Below are positions 10,648-20,957 of a stretch of DNA of 64,000 nucleotides, piece by piece. The position numbers were made by a program, and so were the translations under genes. The notes beneath the pieces are model-generated. The model did not search any database, had not been told where the DNA came from, and saw only the letters and a program-made list of their open reading frames with translations. The stretch is from Promethearchaeota archaeon (GTDB lineage Archaea; Asgardarchaeota; Lokiarchaeia; Sigyniarchaeales; SOKP01): NCBI GenBank assembly GCA_048940645.1, contig JBHLOI010000001.1, positions 32,001 through 96,000 of the forward strand, in the 5' to 3' direction. How positions within the stretch are numbered: the first letter of the stretch is position 1; each line of letters begins with the position of its first letter.

Positions 10648-11064
10648 ATGGCTGAAGAAGAAATTAGAACTAAAATTAGTGATTTAAAGGACGATATAAC
10701 TCGGATTGAAGAAGATGCGACTAAAAAGGAAGCAAATGCCGAGAAAGAGATAGAAGCAGATTGGGATTCCAAAATCCATAATACAAAATCAAATTTAGAT
10801 ACAGCTGAAACAGATATAAAAGAAGCTATTGAAAAAGCAGACGAATGGGTATCCAAGAGAAATAGATTAACAGTGGAAGTGAAATCGTTAAAGAAAGAAC
10901 ACGCTAATTTGCTTAAAGGTAAAGATAAAGCGTTAAAAGATAAATTGAATAATATTGAAAAAGAAAAGAAATCTAAGATAAAAGCGAAGGAAAAGGATAT
11001 AGCTTCCTTAGATAAAAAATTAGAAAAACTAGAAAACGAAAAACTGAAGCAAAAATTAGCTTAA
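10648..11064 (+). CDS. Coiled-coil hypothetical protein
   Basis: K/E-rich heptad pattern over the whole length. Confidence 0.7.
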   Translation: MAEEEIRTKISDLKDDITRIEEDATKKEANAEKEIEADWDSKIHNTKSNLDTAETDIKEAIEKADEWVSKRNRLTVEVKSLKKEHANLLKGKDKALKDKLNNIEKEKKSKIKAKEKDIASLDKKLEKLENEKLKQKLA

Positions 11065-11109
11065 ATTATTTAATTCATTGACTTTTTATTAATTTTTTAT
11101 TTTTAAATA

Positions 11110-11661
11110 ATGATAGTTTTAACTGGTTTTGAAAAGTTTGGTAAATATCCTCTTAATAATAGTGAAGAGATTGTGAGAAGTTTTCCAGAAAATTTCGAAG
11201 GTTTTCTATTTATAAAAAAAGTTTTACCTGTAAGTTGGAAGAGAAGTATTAAAGATTATGAGAGAATATTACAAATACTAAAGTGTGATCCAAGATTAGT
11301 AATCCTTACTGGAGTTTATTCAGGTAAAAAAATTTTAATCGAAAGATGTGGATGGAATTTAGCTTTTGGATTAGATAATGAGAATAAATTTAGAATAGGA
11401 ATTGTTAAATTTAAAAAATCTATGAGATTAAAAATGATTCTAAATGTAGAAAAAATAATATCAAATAGGATAAGTTCTAAAATTATATCGTTATCTAGTT
11501 ATGCTGGTCTTTTTCTCTGCAATTATATCTATTATTGGGCTTTATATTTAGCAAAAGGAAATTATCCCGTAATATTCATCCATTTACCATCAAAAGGGAA
11601 TATTAACAGTATAAAAAAGAATTTTTACAATATAATTAAAGCTATTTTGGCCTTAATTTAA
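11110..11661 (+). CDS. pcp: Pyroglutamyl-peptidase I (peptidase C15) family
   Basis: LTGFEKFG, IER (Glu), AGLFLCNY (Cys), FIHLP (His) catalytic triad motifs. Confidence 0.85.
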   Translation: MIVLTGFEKFGKYPLNNSEEIVRSFPENFEGFLFIKKVLPVSWKRSIKDYERILQILKCDPRLVILTGVYSGKKILIERCGWNLAFGLDNENKFRIGIVKFKKSMRLKMILNVEKIISNRISSKIISLSSYAGLFLCNYIYYWALYLAKGNYPVIFIHLPSKGNINSIKKNFYNIIKAILALI

Positions 11662-11674
11662 TAATTTTACATGT

Positions 11675-11818
11675 TTATAAATTAAGAGGTAATTTCTGAC
11701 CTTTTTCATTTAAAATATCTTTGGAGAGCTCTTTTTGTAATTTTAACTCATCATATAGCCAACTTAATAATCGCATCTTAGAATTATAAATTTCAATTTC
11801 TTCCTCAAATAATTCCAT
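11675..11818 (-). CDS. Possible small protein (47 aa, MELFEEEIEIYNSKMRLLSWLYDELKLQKELSKDILNEKGQKLPLNL)
   Basis: Read by hand; fills the intergenic gap with protein-like helical composition; below the ORF-track cutoff. Confidence 0.35.
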   Translation of the reverse strand: MELFEEEIEIYNSKMRLLSWLYDELKLQKELSKDILNEKGQKLPLNL

Positions 11819-11899
11819 GTAATAGTCAGAAGTTCTTATGGTTGTCTAATGATATGAATTGCTGTGAAAACACATATTATTGATTATAATATGCGGATA

Positions 11900-12835
11900 T
11901 TATTCATTAGATCTTTCTAATAAATCGTTTAATTCAGGTAATTTAAATTGTGGCAGATTATATTTTGAAAACCTTGAATTAACACGTTTAAGAGATTTGG
12001 ATAACATTTTCTCATAAATAAATATGGGGATCGCCAAAAGTCCTGTAATTATAAAAGGCAGAAAAAGTACAATTAGAGGGGTTAAAATTGCTGGATCAAA
12101 AGGTGGCATTTGACCAACTACGCGAAATGTAACATAGATTTGACGAATATAAGCAAGTATTGTAGCTATACCCGTATATGTTTCTAATACTTTGAAATAT
12201 GAATTATGCACACCCTCAATTATGGGAGTTCTACGTTGTTCTGGAAATGTTCTATATAGCATTAATCCGCAATCCTCCAAAAGCCAAATTGGTAAAAATA
12301 AAAGTGAACAAAATGATGTAAGAAAGAATGCCATGAAAAAGGTACCCTCAGCAACATATAAGTATTTTAAATCAGGATTAAGAATTAAATCTGACCATGA
12401 AAATCTTCTAAATGCCTGTGGAGGTAAATCTAAAAGTTGCATAACTAATATTGTTGTACTAAATGTAAAGAAACTTAATATTATTGCGCGATATAAAATG
12501 CGTGTTGGTTTAATATCCCTATTGAATTCTAAAAATCCATATTCCGGTTTTTTCCTGAAAGTGTATGTTAGTTTATTGATTTTAAACAGCATTTGAACCA
12601 GAAAAGGAGAAATAGCGAAAAAGATTAAATAAATTAGAATAGGGAAAAGATAGAAAAAAATCGTATCGGTATACATTGTCCCTGGAAGCAAAGGAAGAAA
12701 CCAATATACATATTCTATAGGAATCAAATCTAAACCAGGATTATTAACAGTCAAGATTCCCAAAATCAAAAATGTGAGAAAAACTATAATTGAAAAGATA
12801 AAACATATTAAAACGGGTACGAATTTCTTCTCCAA
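11900..12835 (-). CDS. Multi-pass membrane protein, unknown function
   Basis: About 6 hydrophobic segments; GGTGA SD-like sequence upstream of the TTG start. Confidence 0.75.
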   Translation of the reverse strand: MEKKFVPVLICFIFSIIVFLTFLILGILTVNNPGLDLIPIEYVYWFLPLLPGTMYTDTIFFYLFPILIYLIFFAISPFLVQMLFKINKLTYTFRKKPEYGFLEFNRDIKPTRILYRAIILSFFTFSTTILVMQLLDLPPQAFRRFSWSDLILNPDLKYLYVAEGTFFMAFFLTSFCSLLFLPIWLLEDCGLMLYRTFPEQRRTPIIEGVHNSYFKVLETYTGIATILAYIRQIYVTFRVVGQMPPFDPAILTPLIVLFLPFIITGLLAIPIFIYEKMLSKSLKRVNSRFSKYNLPQFKLPELNDLLERSNE

Positions 12836-12854
12836 TTATATCACCTTTAATTAA

Positions 12855-13271
12855 TTAATCCCTTTTATACATATTTTTGATTTTCTCTAATTCATAGGCA
12901 ATATTTTCAATAGGATCTCCATTAATAACCTTATCTAAGCGTTCTATTAGGTCTTTAGGGAACATATCTATTTCTGAAGCACCCTCTCTAAAGTCTTTAA
13001 AATCATCTGTAATCATGTATTCACTTGTACTCCTTTTAGTATCAAATTCATTCATAACAACCTTCTCGAAAGTATCAATTATATTATTCATTAGATTATC
13101 TTCTAACAATTTTACATCTTGTTTCACATCATCAACCATGTGATCATATTTCTTATTGACTTCTGCTAATTCTTCTTGACGTGATAGTTCAACCTCCTCT
13201 ATTTTAGGTCTAACTTCCCTTTTTTTAGCTTCTAATTCTTCCAATTTAGATTTAATCTCTTTTATTGCCAT
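12855..13271 (-). CDS. Hypothetical protein with N-terminal coiled coil
   Basis: 138-aa ORF with ATG start, co-oriented 19 nt upstream of the membrane protein gene. Confidence 0.7.
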   Translation of the reverse strand: MAIKEIKSKLEELEAKKREVRPKIEEVELSRQEELAEVNKKYDHMVDDVKQDVKLLEDNLMNNIIDTFEKVVMNEFDTKRSTSEYMITDDFKDFREGASEIDMFPKDLIERLDKVINGDPIENIAYELEKIKNMYKRD

Positions 13272-13420
13272 AGAACAATCTATAAAATTTTTAATTATAA
13301 CTTTTTAAATTAAGAAGTTACTTAAAAATTTATTTAAATCATATGTGCTCTTAAAATAAAAGTTATATTTTCTAAACAATTACCTAGCAAAAGATAATTA
13401 AACAAAATATCTCTTAGATT

Positions 13421-14329
13421 ATGCCTAAAAAAATTGTTGTTCCCGAACCAGAAGATGGGCTTAAATTTATTGATGTTCATTGCCATTTACCATTTCCGAG
13501 ACCTAAGAAAAATAATAGATTACCTTCAGACGAGTTACAATACAGAGATTATTTTAAGATTGGAGGAATTTATTTAATAACAAGTTCTATTGATAACACG
13601 ACTCTTGATTTAATTTTAAATTTTATAAAAGATAAACATAATATTGGTTTTACGTGCGGATGGGCGCCACAAACGGTTACCTATACTCCCAAGACACAAT
13701 ATAAGGGAAATTGGAATAAATGGATTGATTTTATCAGAAATAATAAAGATAAATATTTAGCTATAGGTGAAATCGGATTAGATTTTCATCATGCTCAAAG
13801 TCTTGAAAAAAGGGAAAAGCAAGTCTCTGAGTTAAAAAAAATCTTTGAAATAACAAAAAGTTTCGCAAAACCCTATGTTCTTCATGTTAGAAATGCTGCT
13901 GAACGTGAATATGATAGGGAAAACCCTAAGCACAGATATAATAAAAGAGATGGTGCTTCTAAGGAGATTTTAAACATAATTAAAGAATTTAATATTAATC
14001 CAAAAACAATTATGTGGCATTGTTTTTCTGGACCAGATGATTATGGAATTATATTACCTAAACAAGGATTTAAATTATCAGTACCAAGTTCGGCGTATGG
14101 TAATAGTAGATGGCGTAATCTTACTAAGAATTCTCCTTTAGATGCTTTATTAACTGAGACAGACAGTTATTATCAACACCCCTATCTCAGAGGGCCGATT
14201 AATGTGCCATCAAATGCTCGTTTTTCTATTGCCGCGATTGCTTATTCTCATAATGTTTCTCAAGAATTAGTTAGTGAAAAAACAATTGAGAACGCAGAAA
14301 AATTCTTTAATTTAGATTTGGCAAACTAA
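13421..14329 (+). CDS. tatD: TatD family metallo-hydrolase/DNase
   Basis: DVHCHL, AIGEIGLDF, VLHVR, WHCFSG, LTETDS. Confidence 0.9.
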   Translation: MPKKIVVPEPEDGLKFIDVHCHLPFPRPKKNNRLPSDELQYRDYFKIGGIYLITSSIDNTTLDLILNFIKDKHNIGFTCGWAPQTVTYTPKTQYKGNWNKWIDFIRNNKDKYLAIGEIGLDFHHAQSLEKREKQVSELKKIFEITKSFAKPYVLHVRNAAEREYDRENPKHRYNKRDGASKEILNIIKEFNINPKTIMWHCFSGPDDYGIILPKQGFKLSVPSSAYGNSRWRNLTKNSPLDALLTETDSYYQHPYLRGPINVPSNARFSIAAIAYSHNVSQELVSEKTIENAEKFFNLDLAN

Positions 14330-14440
14330 ATTGTTTTTAGTATAAAATTGTCTTAATTTCAAGTCAAATTGCAAAATTTTTATTTAATCATAGTTTAGAA
14401 GCAAATATTATAATAAAATTAGTTTAAGATTGAGTAGGCA

Positions 14441-14956
14441 ATGAAAATACTCATAACTTTTTATAGTCAATCTGGAAACACAAAGATGATTGCTGAAGCA
14501 ATAAAAAATGGCTTATCGACTGAAGGAGTAGATCTTAAGCCAATTAATGAGATGGAACCGACGGATTTTGGTAGATATGATCTAGTTTTTCTCGGTTCTG
14601 GAGTTTATGCTAGTAGAGTACATAGCTCTGTTGTAAATCTAATGAAAAAAGTTACCGAATTTCCTATTAAATTTATATATTTTTGTACCCATGCAAGTTT
14701 AAAGCTTTATCAGACTCCCTTTGCAAAAGTAACTAAAATTCTTGAGAAAAATAATTGTAAAATCATAGGAAAATTTGACTGTGTCGGTGAAAATAAGGTT
14801 ATGTCGTTAGAAAGTCGAATGCAAGCAATAAATAGTTTACCTGCTGAAGAAAGAGATAAAGCTCTAAAAAACTTAAAATTAACAGAAGGACATCCTAATG
14901 AAGATGATATAAAAAGCGCTGAAAAATTTGCCGAATTTATTTTACAAAAATTTTAA
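14441..14956 (+). CDS. Flavodoxin family protein
   Basis: YSQSGNTKMIAEAI FMN-binding loop, FLGSGVY, GHP.E.D. Confidence 0.88.
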   Translation: MKILITFYSQSGNTKMIAEAIKNGLSTEGVDLKPINEMEPTDFGRYDLVFLGSGVYASRVHSSVVNLMKKVTEFPIKFIYFCTHASLKLYQTPFAKVTKILEKNNCKIIGKFDCVGENKVMSLESRMQAINSLPAEERDKALKNLKLTEGHPNEDDIKSAEKFAEFILQKF

Positions 14957-15077
14957 ACCAAATTCCTTTTTCCCTACTTTTTAAAATAAAGGCTTATAAA
15001 AATTAGACTAAATTTTATTTAAATACCAACCTTTAATATCATTTCATAATACTAAAAAAAAAAAATTGTGATAAATT

Positions 15078-16172
15078 TTGAGAAAAAATGTTAGAACTGC
15101 AATAATAGTTCTTTCAGCATTGATTGGTGGGGGCGCAATTGGTTTTGTTATAACAGGTTTTGCGATGTCAGGTACAATCGAGGAATCTTTCACTTTTCAT
15201 TATCAAGCTGTTCCTTCATCAATGGAAGACCTAACTTTAGATGTTGGTCTTGGATCTTTAGATATTCGATATAACACGTCTAATACTCCCTACCTAGTTA
15301 AAATTGATGTAGATATAAAAATTTCAGGACTATTCATGGCAAATAGAGGATATGCTGAATTTTTTGGACCATCTACAGATTGGTGGCAAAATACAACCTT
15401 CCCCCCAATTACTTTTAGATTGGATCCTCTCCCACAAACTTGGTTTAATCCTACATTTTGGTTCAAGTCATATGATATCGATGTAAATGTTACATTGAGA
15501 ACGGATGTTATATATAAAATCAATGCAGATACAGGTACTGGATCAATAAAAATAGTTACACTTAATAATGTGATTTTAAACGATTTATCTCTTTCTTCTG
15601 GTACTGGGAGCATTTATTTAGATATATCCGATAATACGACAATCCAAGATACTTTAGATTTAGATGCTGGAACTGGTAGTATATCTCTCTATGGTAAAAG
15701 TGCAAATTTTTCAAAAGGGTTATTAATGGATGCGGGTACAGGATCCATAGTCGCAAATCTCAGTAATAGTATTATTGGCGGCGATATTGCTTTATCCACG
15801 GGTACCGGAAGTATAGGTTTTAAAACATATCATATAGAATATGCTAAGAACAGTGCTTGGGCATTATCTACCGGAACCGGTGGAATAGATGTTGTTATAA
15901 ATCAACATGGTCTTATGGGTGCAAATGTTACAGGGACTCTATCTACTGGAACTGGAAGTATTAATATTATATATATAGACACAAGTGCTAGTGTGGGAGC
16001 AAGTTTCTTTGGAAGTACAGGAACCGGAAGCTTTAATCGAATAAATTCTGGAGGTTTCACTCCTACTAATTTTAATCCATTTATGTCACTTGATTTCCCA
16101 ACAACATACCATTATAATTTTAACATAAATACAGGAACTGGAAGCATTACAGTGGATGGTTCAAGTAGTTAA
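15078..16172 (+). CDS. Membrane-anchored beta-solenoid protein (DUF4097/adhesin-like) with (S/T/A)GTGSI repeats
   Basis: N-terminal TM helix; about 9 GTG(S/G) repeat units; many N-x-S/T sequons. Confidence 0.7.
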   Translation: MRKNVRTAIIVLSALIGGGAIGFVITGFAMSGTIEESFTFHYQAVPSSMEDLTLDVGLGSLDIRYNTSNTPYLVKIDVDIKISGLFMANRGYAEFFGPSTDWWQNTTFPPITFRLDPLPQTWFNPTFWFKSYDIDVNVTLRTDVIYKINADTGTGSIKIVTLNNVILNDLSLSSGTGSIYLDISDNTTIQDTLDLDAGTGSISLYGKSANFSKGLLMDAGTGSIVANLSNSIIGGDIALSTGTGSIGFKTYHIEYAKNSAWALSTGTGGIDVVINQHGLMGANVTGTLSTGTGSINIIYIDTSASVGASFFGSTGTGSFNRINSGGFTPTNFNPFMSLDFPTTYHYNFNINTGTGSITVDGSSS

Positions 16173-16281
16173 AATCCTTTACTTTTTTTTATTTTTTTTG
16201 TACTTATTACTCTTTTTTAGGAAATTTTTATTAGATTAATTTTAATAAGAACTACAAATTAAATAGTTGTTAAAAATAGAA

Positions 16282-16977
16282 TTACCAGCAATACATGTCA
16301 TAAGTTGGTTTTTCACTTAATTCTCCATCTTTAATCCAAATATTTTTTCCTAGAGGATGTTCTCCGACAACTTGTGCTATCCGAGGATCATGAGTAACTA
16401 TTATTATAGTTTTCTGTTCTTCTTCAGCTAGCTTGATCAATAATTGTATAATCGATTTTCCTGTCTCTGAATCTAAGTTCCCAGTGGGTTCATCTGCTAG
16501 TATTACTTTTGGGTTATTAATGAGAGATCTTGCAATCGCTACGCGCTGTGATTCTCCACCAGATAATTTTCCTACCTTACTGTGAGCTCTATCTCCTAAG
16601 CCTACTATGCTTAATAATTCTTGAGCTCGTTCTCGATCTTTATCATTAATTCTATATGGAATTAAGGGTATAAGAACATTCCCTATAACATCAAGGTTAG
16701 GCAATAAGTAAAAACTCTGAAACACAAACCCTATTGTTTCCTTTCGATATCTCGCTAGTTTACGCTCAGGCAAACTTCCTATATCAATCTCATTAATTAA
16801 TACTTCTCCTGAGGTTGGTTTATCCATAGCACCCAGAATGTTTAATAAAGTGCTTTTTCCGCTTCCTGAGGGTCCCATTATGGTAAAAATCTTTCCTCCT
16901 TCAATTTCTAAGTCTACTTGATTAAGTGCTTTTATAGTAGTTCTCTCTTCGCCATAAATTTTGCTCACATTTTTCAA
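16282..16977 (-). CDS. ABC transporter ATP-binding protein (LolD/MacB type)
   Basis: GPSGSGKS, LSGGESQRVAIAR, ILADEPTGNLD, VTHD. Confidence 0.95.
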   Translation of the reverse strand: MKNVSKIYGEERTTIKALNQVDLEIEGGKIFTIMGPSGSGKSTLLNILGAMDKPTSGEVLINEIDIGSLPERKLARYRKETIGFVFQSFYLLPNLDVIGNVLIPLIPYRINDKDRERAQELLSIVGLGDRAHSKVGKLSGGESQRVAIARSLINNPKVILADEPTGNLDSETGKSIIQLLIKLAEEEQKTIIIVTHDPRIAQVVGEHPLGKNIWIKDGELSEKPTYDMYCW

Positions 16978-17007
16978 ACTTATGAGTGAAATTTTTTTCT
17001 CACCTCA

Positions 17008-18252
17008 TTACTCACCTTTTAAGACCACTACAGGTCTAACTCTTGATGCTTTAATTCCAGGATATAATCCACCCACTACGCCTAAACCTAAAGCGTATGC
17101 TAGGACTTCAATAACACCTTCTAAAGTTACTATTGCTGATGCTCCTCCGAATGGACTTGCACCACTTCCTAATACAATGATTAATATACCGCCAATACCC
17201 ATCCCAATTGCAGCCCCTAAAAAGCCTAAAGTGAGAGATTCATACACTACATTTAAGAAAATATGACGATTTTTCCATCCAGTCGATTTTAGTATAGCAA
17301 ATTCTTTCATTCGTGCTGTTACCGACATCAATTGGGTAACAATTATTGCCATTCCTCCCGCAATTACTGTTATAATGCCTATTATTCCTGCAAAAGCGTT
17401 AAAAATAGCAAATGTCTCCTCTATAGATTTAAAAAATGTAGCAAGTGCAACAGCTGTAATAAAAGTAGGGGAATATCCTCCACCATCAGAATTTTCATTA
17501 ATTAAATCGGCGAAATTTTCTGTTTCTTCCGTGGTTTCAACATTAAATCTCAAATCAATTGTGCTATACACGTTAGTCTCCTCTCCAGCTAGATATAAAT
17601 AATTCCACAGAGTTTGAATATCTGTATAAATATAATATTCTCTAGGAACAAAATCAGGAGCCCCAATATCTTCTTCTTCATATATACCTACAATGGTTAA
17701 AGTTGTTGTGTTAATTCCACCTGGATCAAGACTTATTGTAATATTCACTCCTATGGATACTGGAAATTGAGCAGCATCTAATAAACGATTATCTACGATT
17801 GCTTCATTATTTCCGATAGTAAAGGATCTTCCTTGCAGTAATTTTGTAGTTGATCCTCCCCAATTTTGATCCAGACTCTGATTTAAACCTATTAAAGTTA
17901 ATGTATCACCTAAATTTTGTAATTTTGAGGGACCTGAATAATTAGATGTGAAATATATAGGCGCTTGAGTTTCAACATTATGGTTAATTATAAAATTTCC
18001 TACATTAGGAGTCTCATATAATTTATTTGGTAAATTTAATGGTAAATGACTATTTGCTCGACCTTCAACATCCTTTTCTATAATTTCTACAATACCAATA
18101 CTTCTTGTTAAACTATCTTGGAATTGAGCGTTTACTCCTGCTGTAAATGCTCCTATAACAAAAACAAGCATTAATCCAAATCCAACACCAATACTAGCTA
18201 AAATTGCGGTTCCTTTTTTTCTAAACGCATTTTTTATACTGAATTTTAGCAA
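17008..18252 (-). CDS. ABC transporter permease (MacB/FtsX type)
   Basis: N-terminal TM, large extracytoplasmic domain, R.KEFAILK..GW, GLYP..KASR..P...L. Confidence 0.9.
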   Translation of the reverse strand: MLKFSIKNAFRKKGTAILASIGVGFGLMLVFVIGAFTAGVNAQFQDSLTRSIGIVEIIEKDVEGRANSHLPLNLPNKLYETPNVGNFIINHNVETQAPIYFTSNYSGPSKLQNLGDTLTLIGLNQSLDQNWGGSTTKLLQGRSFTIGNNEAIVDNRLLDAAQFPVSIGVNITISLDPGGINTTTLTIVGIYEEEDIGAPDFVPREYYIYTDIQTLWNYLYLAGEETNVYSTIDLRFNVETTEETENFADLINENSDGGGYSPTFITAVALATFFKSIEETFAIFNAFAGIIGIITVIAGGMAIIVTQLMSVTARMKEFAILKSTGWKNRHIFLNVVYESLTLGFLGAAIGMGIGGILIIVLGSGASPFGGASAIVTLEGVIEVLAYALGLGVVGGLYPGIKASRVRPVVVLKGE

Positions 18253-18453
18253 TTTTAAACATAGCTCTTAATATTTTGCTTTTTGGGTAAATATAAATTA
18301 ACAAATCGGTTAATTTTTTTAGGATAATGAGATTTTTATTATTTCTCCTTTTAATCTATAAATACTAATTTAGAAATAATATACAGAATAATTGACTCCC
18401 ATTCTTTTATGAAAATAAATTTAGAGGGTTTAAATTTGAAACAAAGGCTTTAT

Positions 18454-20415
18454 TCACTTGAATATCTCTTTAATTAATTTTTCAATAGATTTTTCGATTT
18501 TGAATTGTGTTTTAGTAATACTGGAAAAAAGAACTCCATTATGAAAACGAGCAACTGCCTTTTGACCTAGAGTTCTCGGTTTATTGCTGATCTGTTTCAA
18601 AATCTGTAAAAAGTGCTTTACTTCTTTTTCATTATTTTCAATACCAAAACTCATCCTAATAATTCCTGGAAGAATCATATCTGTCATTTCTGGGATCAAA
18701 CTTGCAAGTAGAATAGAACCATATGTCCTAAAAGCATTAATCTTGAGCAACTGTCGAATTAGAATATGCGCACAAAAGCATCCATTACGAATACCTATAC
18801 CTCCTTCTTCTGTAAGTTCTTTTGCAGCAAGATTATGTGGAACTTTTTTCATACTAAAAGTGATAATACCTCCCTTTCTATTGAACTTGGGCGATTGTAT
18901 ATCCTGCAAACCAAAAATTTCAATATCTTCTATAGCATTAAGGCCTTTTAAAGCGATTTTAGTCAACTTCCTCTCATAATTCTCAACTATTTTCATCCCT
19001 ATTCTTTTTAGTAACAATAGCGCTTTCCCCATGGCAGCTATTCCCGCTGTATTTTCTTCTCCTGATAATTTGATTGCCTTTAATCCACTTGGGTTAAATC
19101 TCAAAAGGTTTTTTTTAGCTATCAGAACCCCAGTACCAAACGGTGCATATAGTTTATGACCAGCAAAAGCAAAATAGTCAATATCAATTTCTGCTAATTT
19201 AACTTTGCGATGTCCTACTAATTGTGCTGCATCTACTAATAGATGTGCACCATATCTGTGGGTTATTCTACTTATTGCTTTAAGATTATTAAAAGACCCT
19301 AAGACATTAGAGGCTCCACATATAGCTACAATTTTAATTCTCTTTTTTCCATGTTTATGATTTTCATTATAATCCCGAAGGAGGTGTTCTAATTTTTTTA
19401 AATGTATAAAACCATCATTATCTATTGGATTTCTGATTAAATAAGCACCAGGAATATAACGCCAAGGAAGTTCATTAGAATGGTGCTCTAATTTTGTGTT
19501 GAGAATGACTAGTTTAATACTTTCTTCAAATGTAAGAGAAACATTTTGAGTAGCAATGTTAATTGCTTCAGTTGTATTTGATGCAAATATAATATCATAT
19601 AGTTCTAATGGTGCCTGTAAAAATTCTGAGCAAATTTTTTTAACTTCTTTAACAATTTTCTGTTGCATTTCTCTCGGTTGAATTAAAGTTTGGCGGAAGG
19701 CATCCCAAATTGGCCGAAATGTAGGTGTACTAGCAGCATTATCAAAGTTAACATAATGATTTTTTCCCTCTACAGTTGGAATTAATAAACCATAGCCAAC
19801 CAATTCTTCTCTGAGTTTAAATAATAAATCCTTACCTTTGTATTTTAATAAATTATCGAAATAAAGAATTTTCTCAACGGATAAGTTTCGACTTTTTTGC
19901 TCTTTAGTAAAATCATTTCCAGTATCTTTTTTTATTAAAAGCGCTTTAGCAAAAGCAATAACATTTATGATGTTTGGCGTTCCAGCCTCAAATTTTTCTG
20001 GAATTTCAGCCCAAACAACAGACTTTGCGGCGACATGCTTTATCATTCCGCCTCCTGTATGAAATAGGGGTACCCTTTTTAAATCTTTTACTTTTACTGC
20101 AATTGCTCTTATTCCCAAAGGCAAACCAATCTCTTTACTTGAAAGAATGTGGAGTGATGTTTTTTTAAGCTTTCTCTTAAATCTTTTCATTCTTAGAGAA
20201 GTTGTGAAAATAACAACATATTTCTCTTTATCTAAATCTAGATACTCAAGTATAATCTCTCTTGCTCTCTCGTATAAAGCAGTTGTTACCATTGAATTAT
20301 ATCCAGTGCCTCTATGAACATTGGAATATGTCTCTAATGCCACATACACACTTCTTTCGAGTTCTGTTAGAGCTTTTGAATGTACAATCTCAGACTCCAT
20401 CACGGCTAAACACAT
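18454..20415 (-). CDS. Class V aminotransferase / cysteine desulfurase (SufS-like) with N-terminal partial duplication
   Basis: FDNAAST, NTTEAIN, EHHSN, DAAQ, AGHKLYAP (PLP Lys), RNGCFCAH (catalytic Cys), IRMSFG; extra N-terminal part of about 200 aa with YSNVHRG and FEAGTPN. Confidence 0.88.
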   Translation of the reverse strand: MCLAVMESEIVHSKALTELERSVYVALETYSNVHRGTGYNSMVTTALYERAREIILEYLDLDKEKYVVIFTTSLRMKRFKRKLKKTSLHILSSKEIGLPLGIRAIAVKVKDLKRVPLFHTGGGMIKHVAAKSVVWAEIPEKFEAGTPNIINVIAFAKALLIKKDTGNDFTKEQKSRNLSVEKILYFDNLLKYKGKDLLFKLREELVGYGLLIPTVEGKNHYVNFDNAASTPTFRPIWDAFRQTLIQPREMQQKIVKEVKKICSEFLQAPLELYDIIFASNTTEAINIATQNVSLTFEESIKLVILNTKLEHHSNELPWRYIPGAYLIRNPIDNDGFIHLKKLEHLLRDYNENHKHGKKRIKIVAICGASNVLGSFNNLKAISRITHRYGAHLLVDAAQLVGHRKVKLAEIDIDYFAFAGHKLYAPFGTGVLIAKKNLLRFNPSGLKAIKLSGEENTAGIAAMGKALLLLKRIGMKIVENYERKLTKIALKGLNAIEDIEIFGLQDIQSPKFNRKGGIITFSMKKVPHNLAAKELTEEGGIGIRNGCFCAHILIRQLLKINAFRTYGSILLASLIPEMTDMILPGIIRMSFGIENNEKEVKHFLQILKQISNKPRTLGQKAVARFHNGVLFSSITKTQFKIEKSIEKLIKEIFK

Positions 20416-20443
20416 TAAATTACTTTTCTATTATATTTCAATT

Positions 20444-20956
20444 TTAATTAGGTTGATAATTTTTCAATTTTGGAAATATTGCATGTACATTCTTTTTATA
20501 GTGAATGTATTTTTCACCAAATTTTTTCAAACAATAGTTTTCCTCTTGTATAATAAAGATTCTAAAGATAATATAAAATACAAATGGAAGAAAATAGAGA
20601 ATCCAACTATTAATGATAATTACTATTCCAGGAATAATTAATAATATAACTGAACCATACATAGGATGCCTCATATGTCCATAAAATCCTGTTACAAGTA
20701 ATTCGGATGCATTGTATGCTTTTCTTAGAAGGATTTCAGATTTTATAAAGATAAATACTCCAATTATTATTAACACAATACCTAGAGGGATCATCCAAAT
20801 TTGATATATAGGAAGTTGAGAAACTGAAGAAAAAATAAAATTCAATATACCTAGCAGCACTATGAATGGAACTAATGTTAATGTCATTTTTGGGCCTACA
20901 CCATATATTGAAATCTCGTCATTTTTGTTAATAGATTTATCTCTACTTTTTTCCAT
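20444..20956 (-). CDS. Isoprenylcysteine carboxyl methyltransferase / PEMT family membrane protein
   Basis: LLVTGFYGHMRHPMY, EE..C.KKFGEKY..YK..V. Confidence 0.85.
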   Translation of the reverse strand: MEKSRDKSINKNDEISIYGVGPKMTLTLVPFIVLLGILNFIFSSVSQLPIYQIWMIPLGIVLIIIGVFIFIKSEILLRKAYNASELLVTGFYGHMRHPMYGSVILLIIPGIVIIINSWILYFLPFVFYIIFRIFIIQEENYCLKKFGEKYIHYKKNVHAIFPKLKNYQPN

Positions 20957-20957
20957 C

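Noticed and set aside
11675-11875. In-frame TAG between an upstream ATG (11875) and the 47-aa ORF, considered as pyrrolysine readthrough
   Set aside because: No recognisable family, no pyl genes in the window, and the upstream peptide is unremarkable; likely chance
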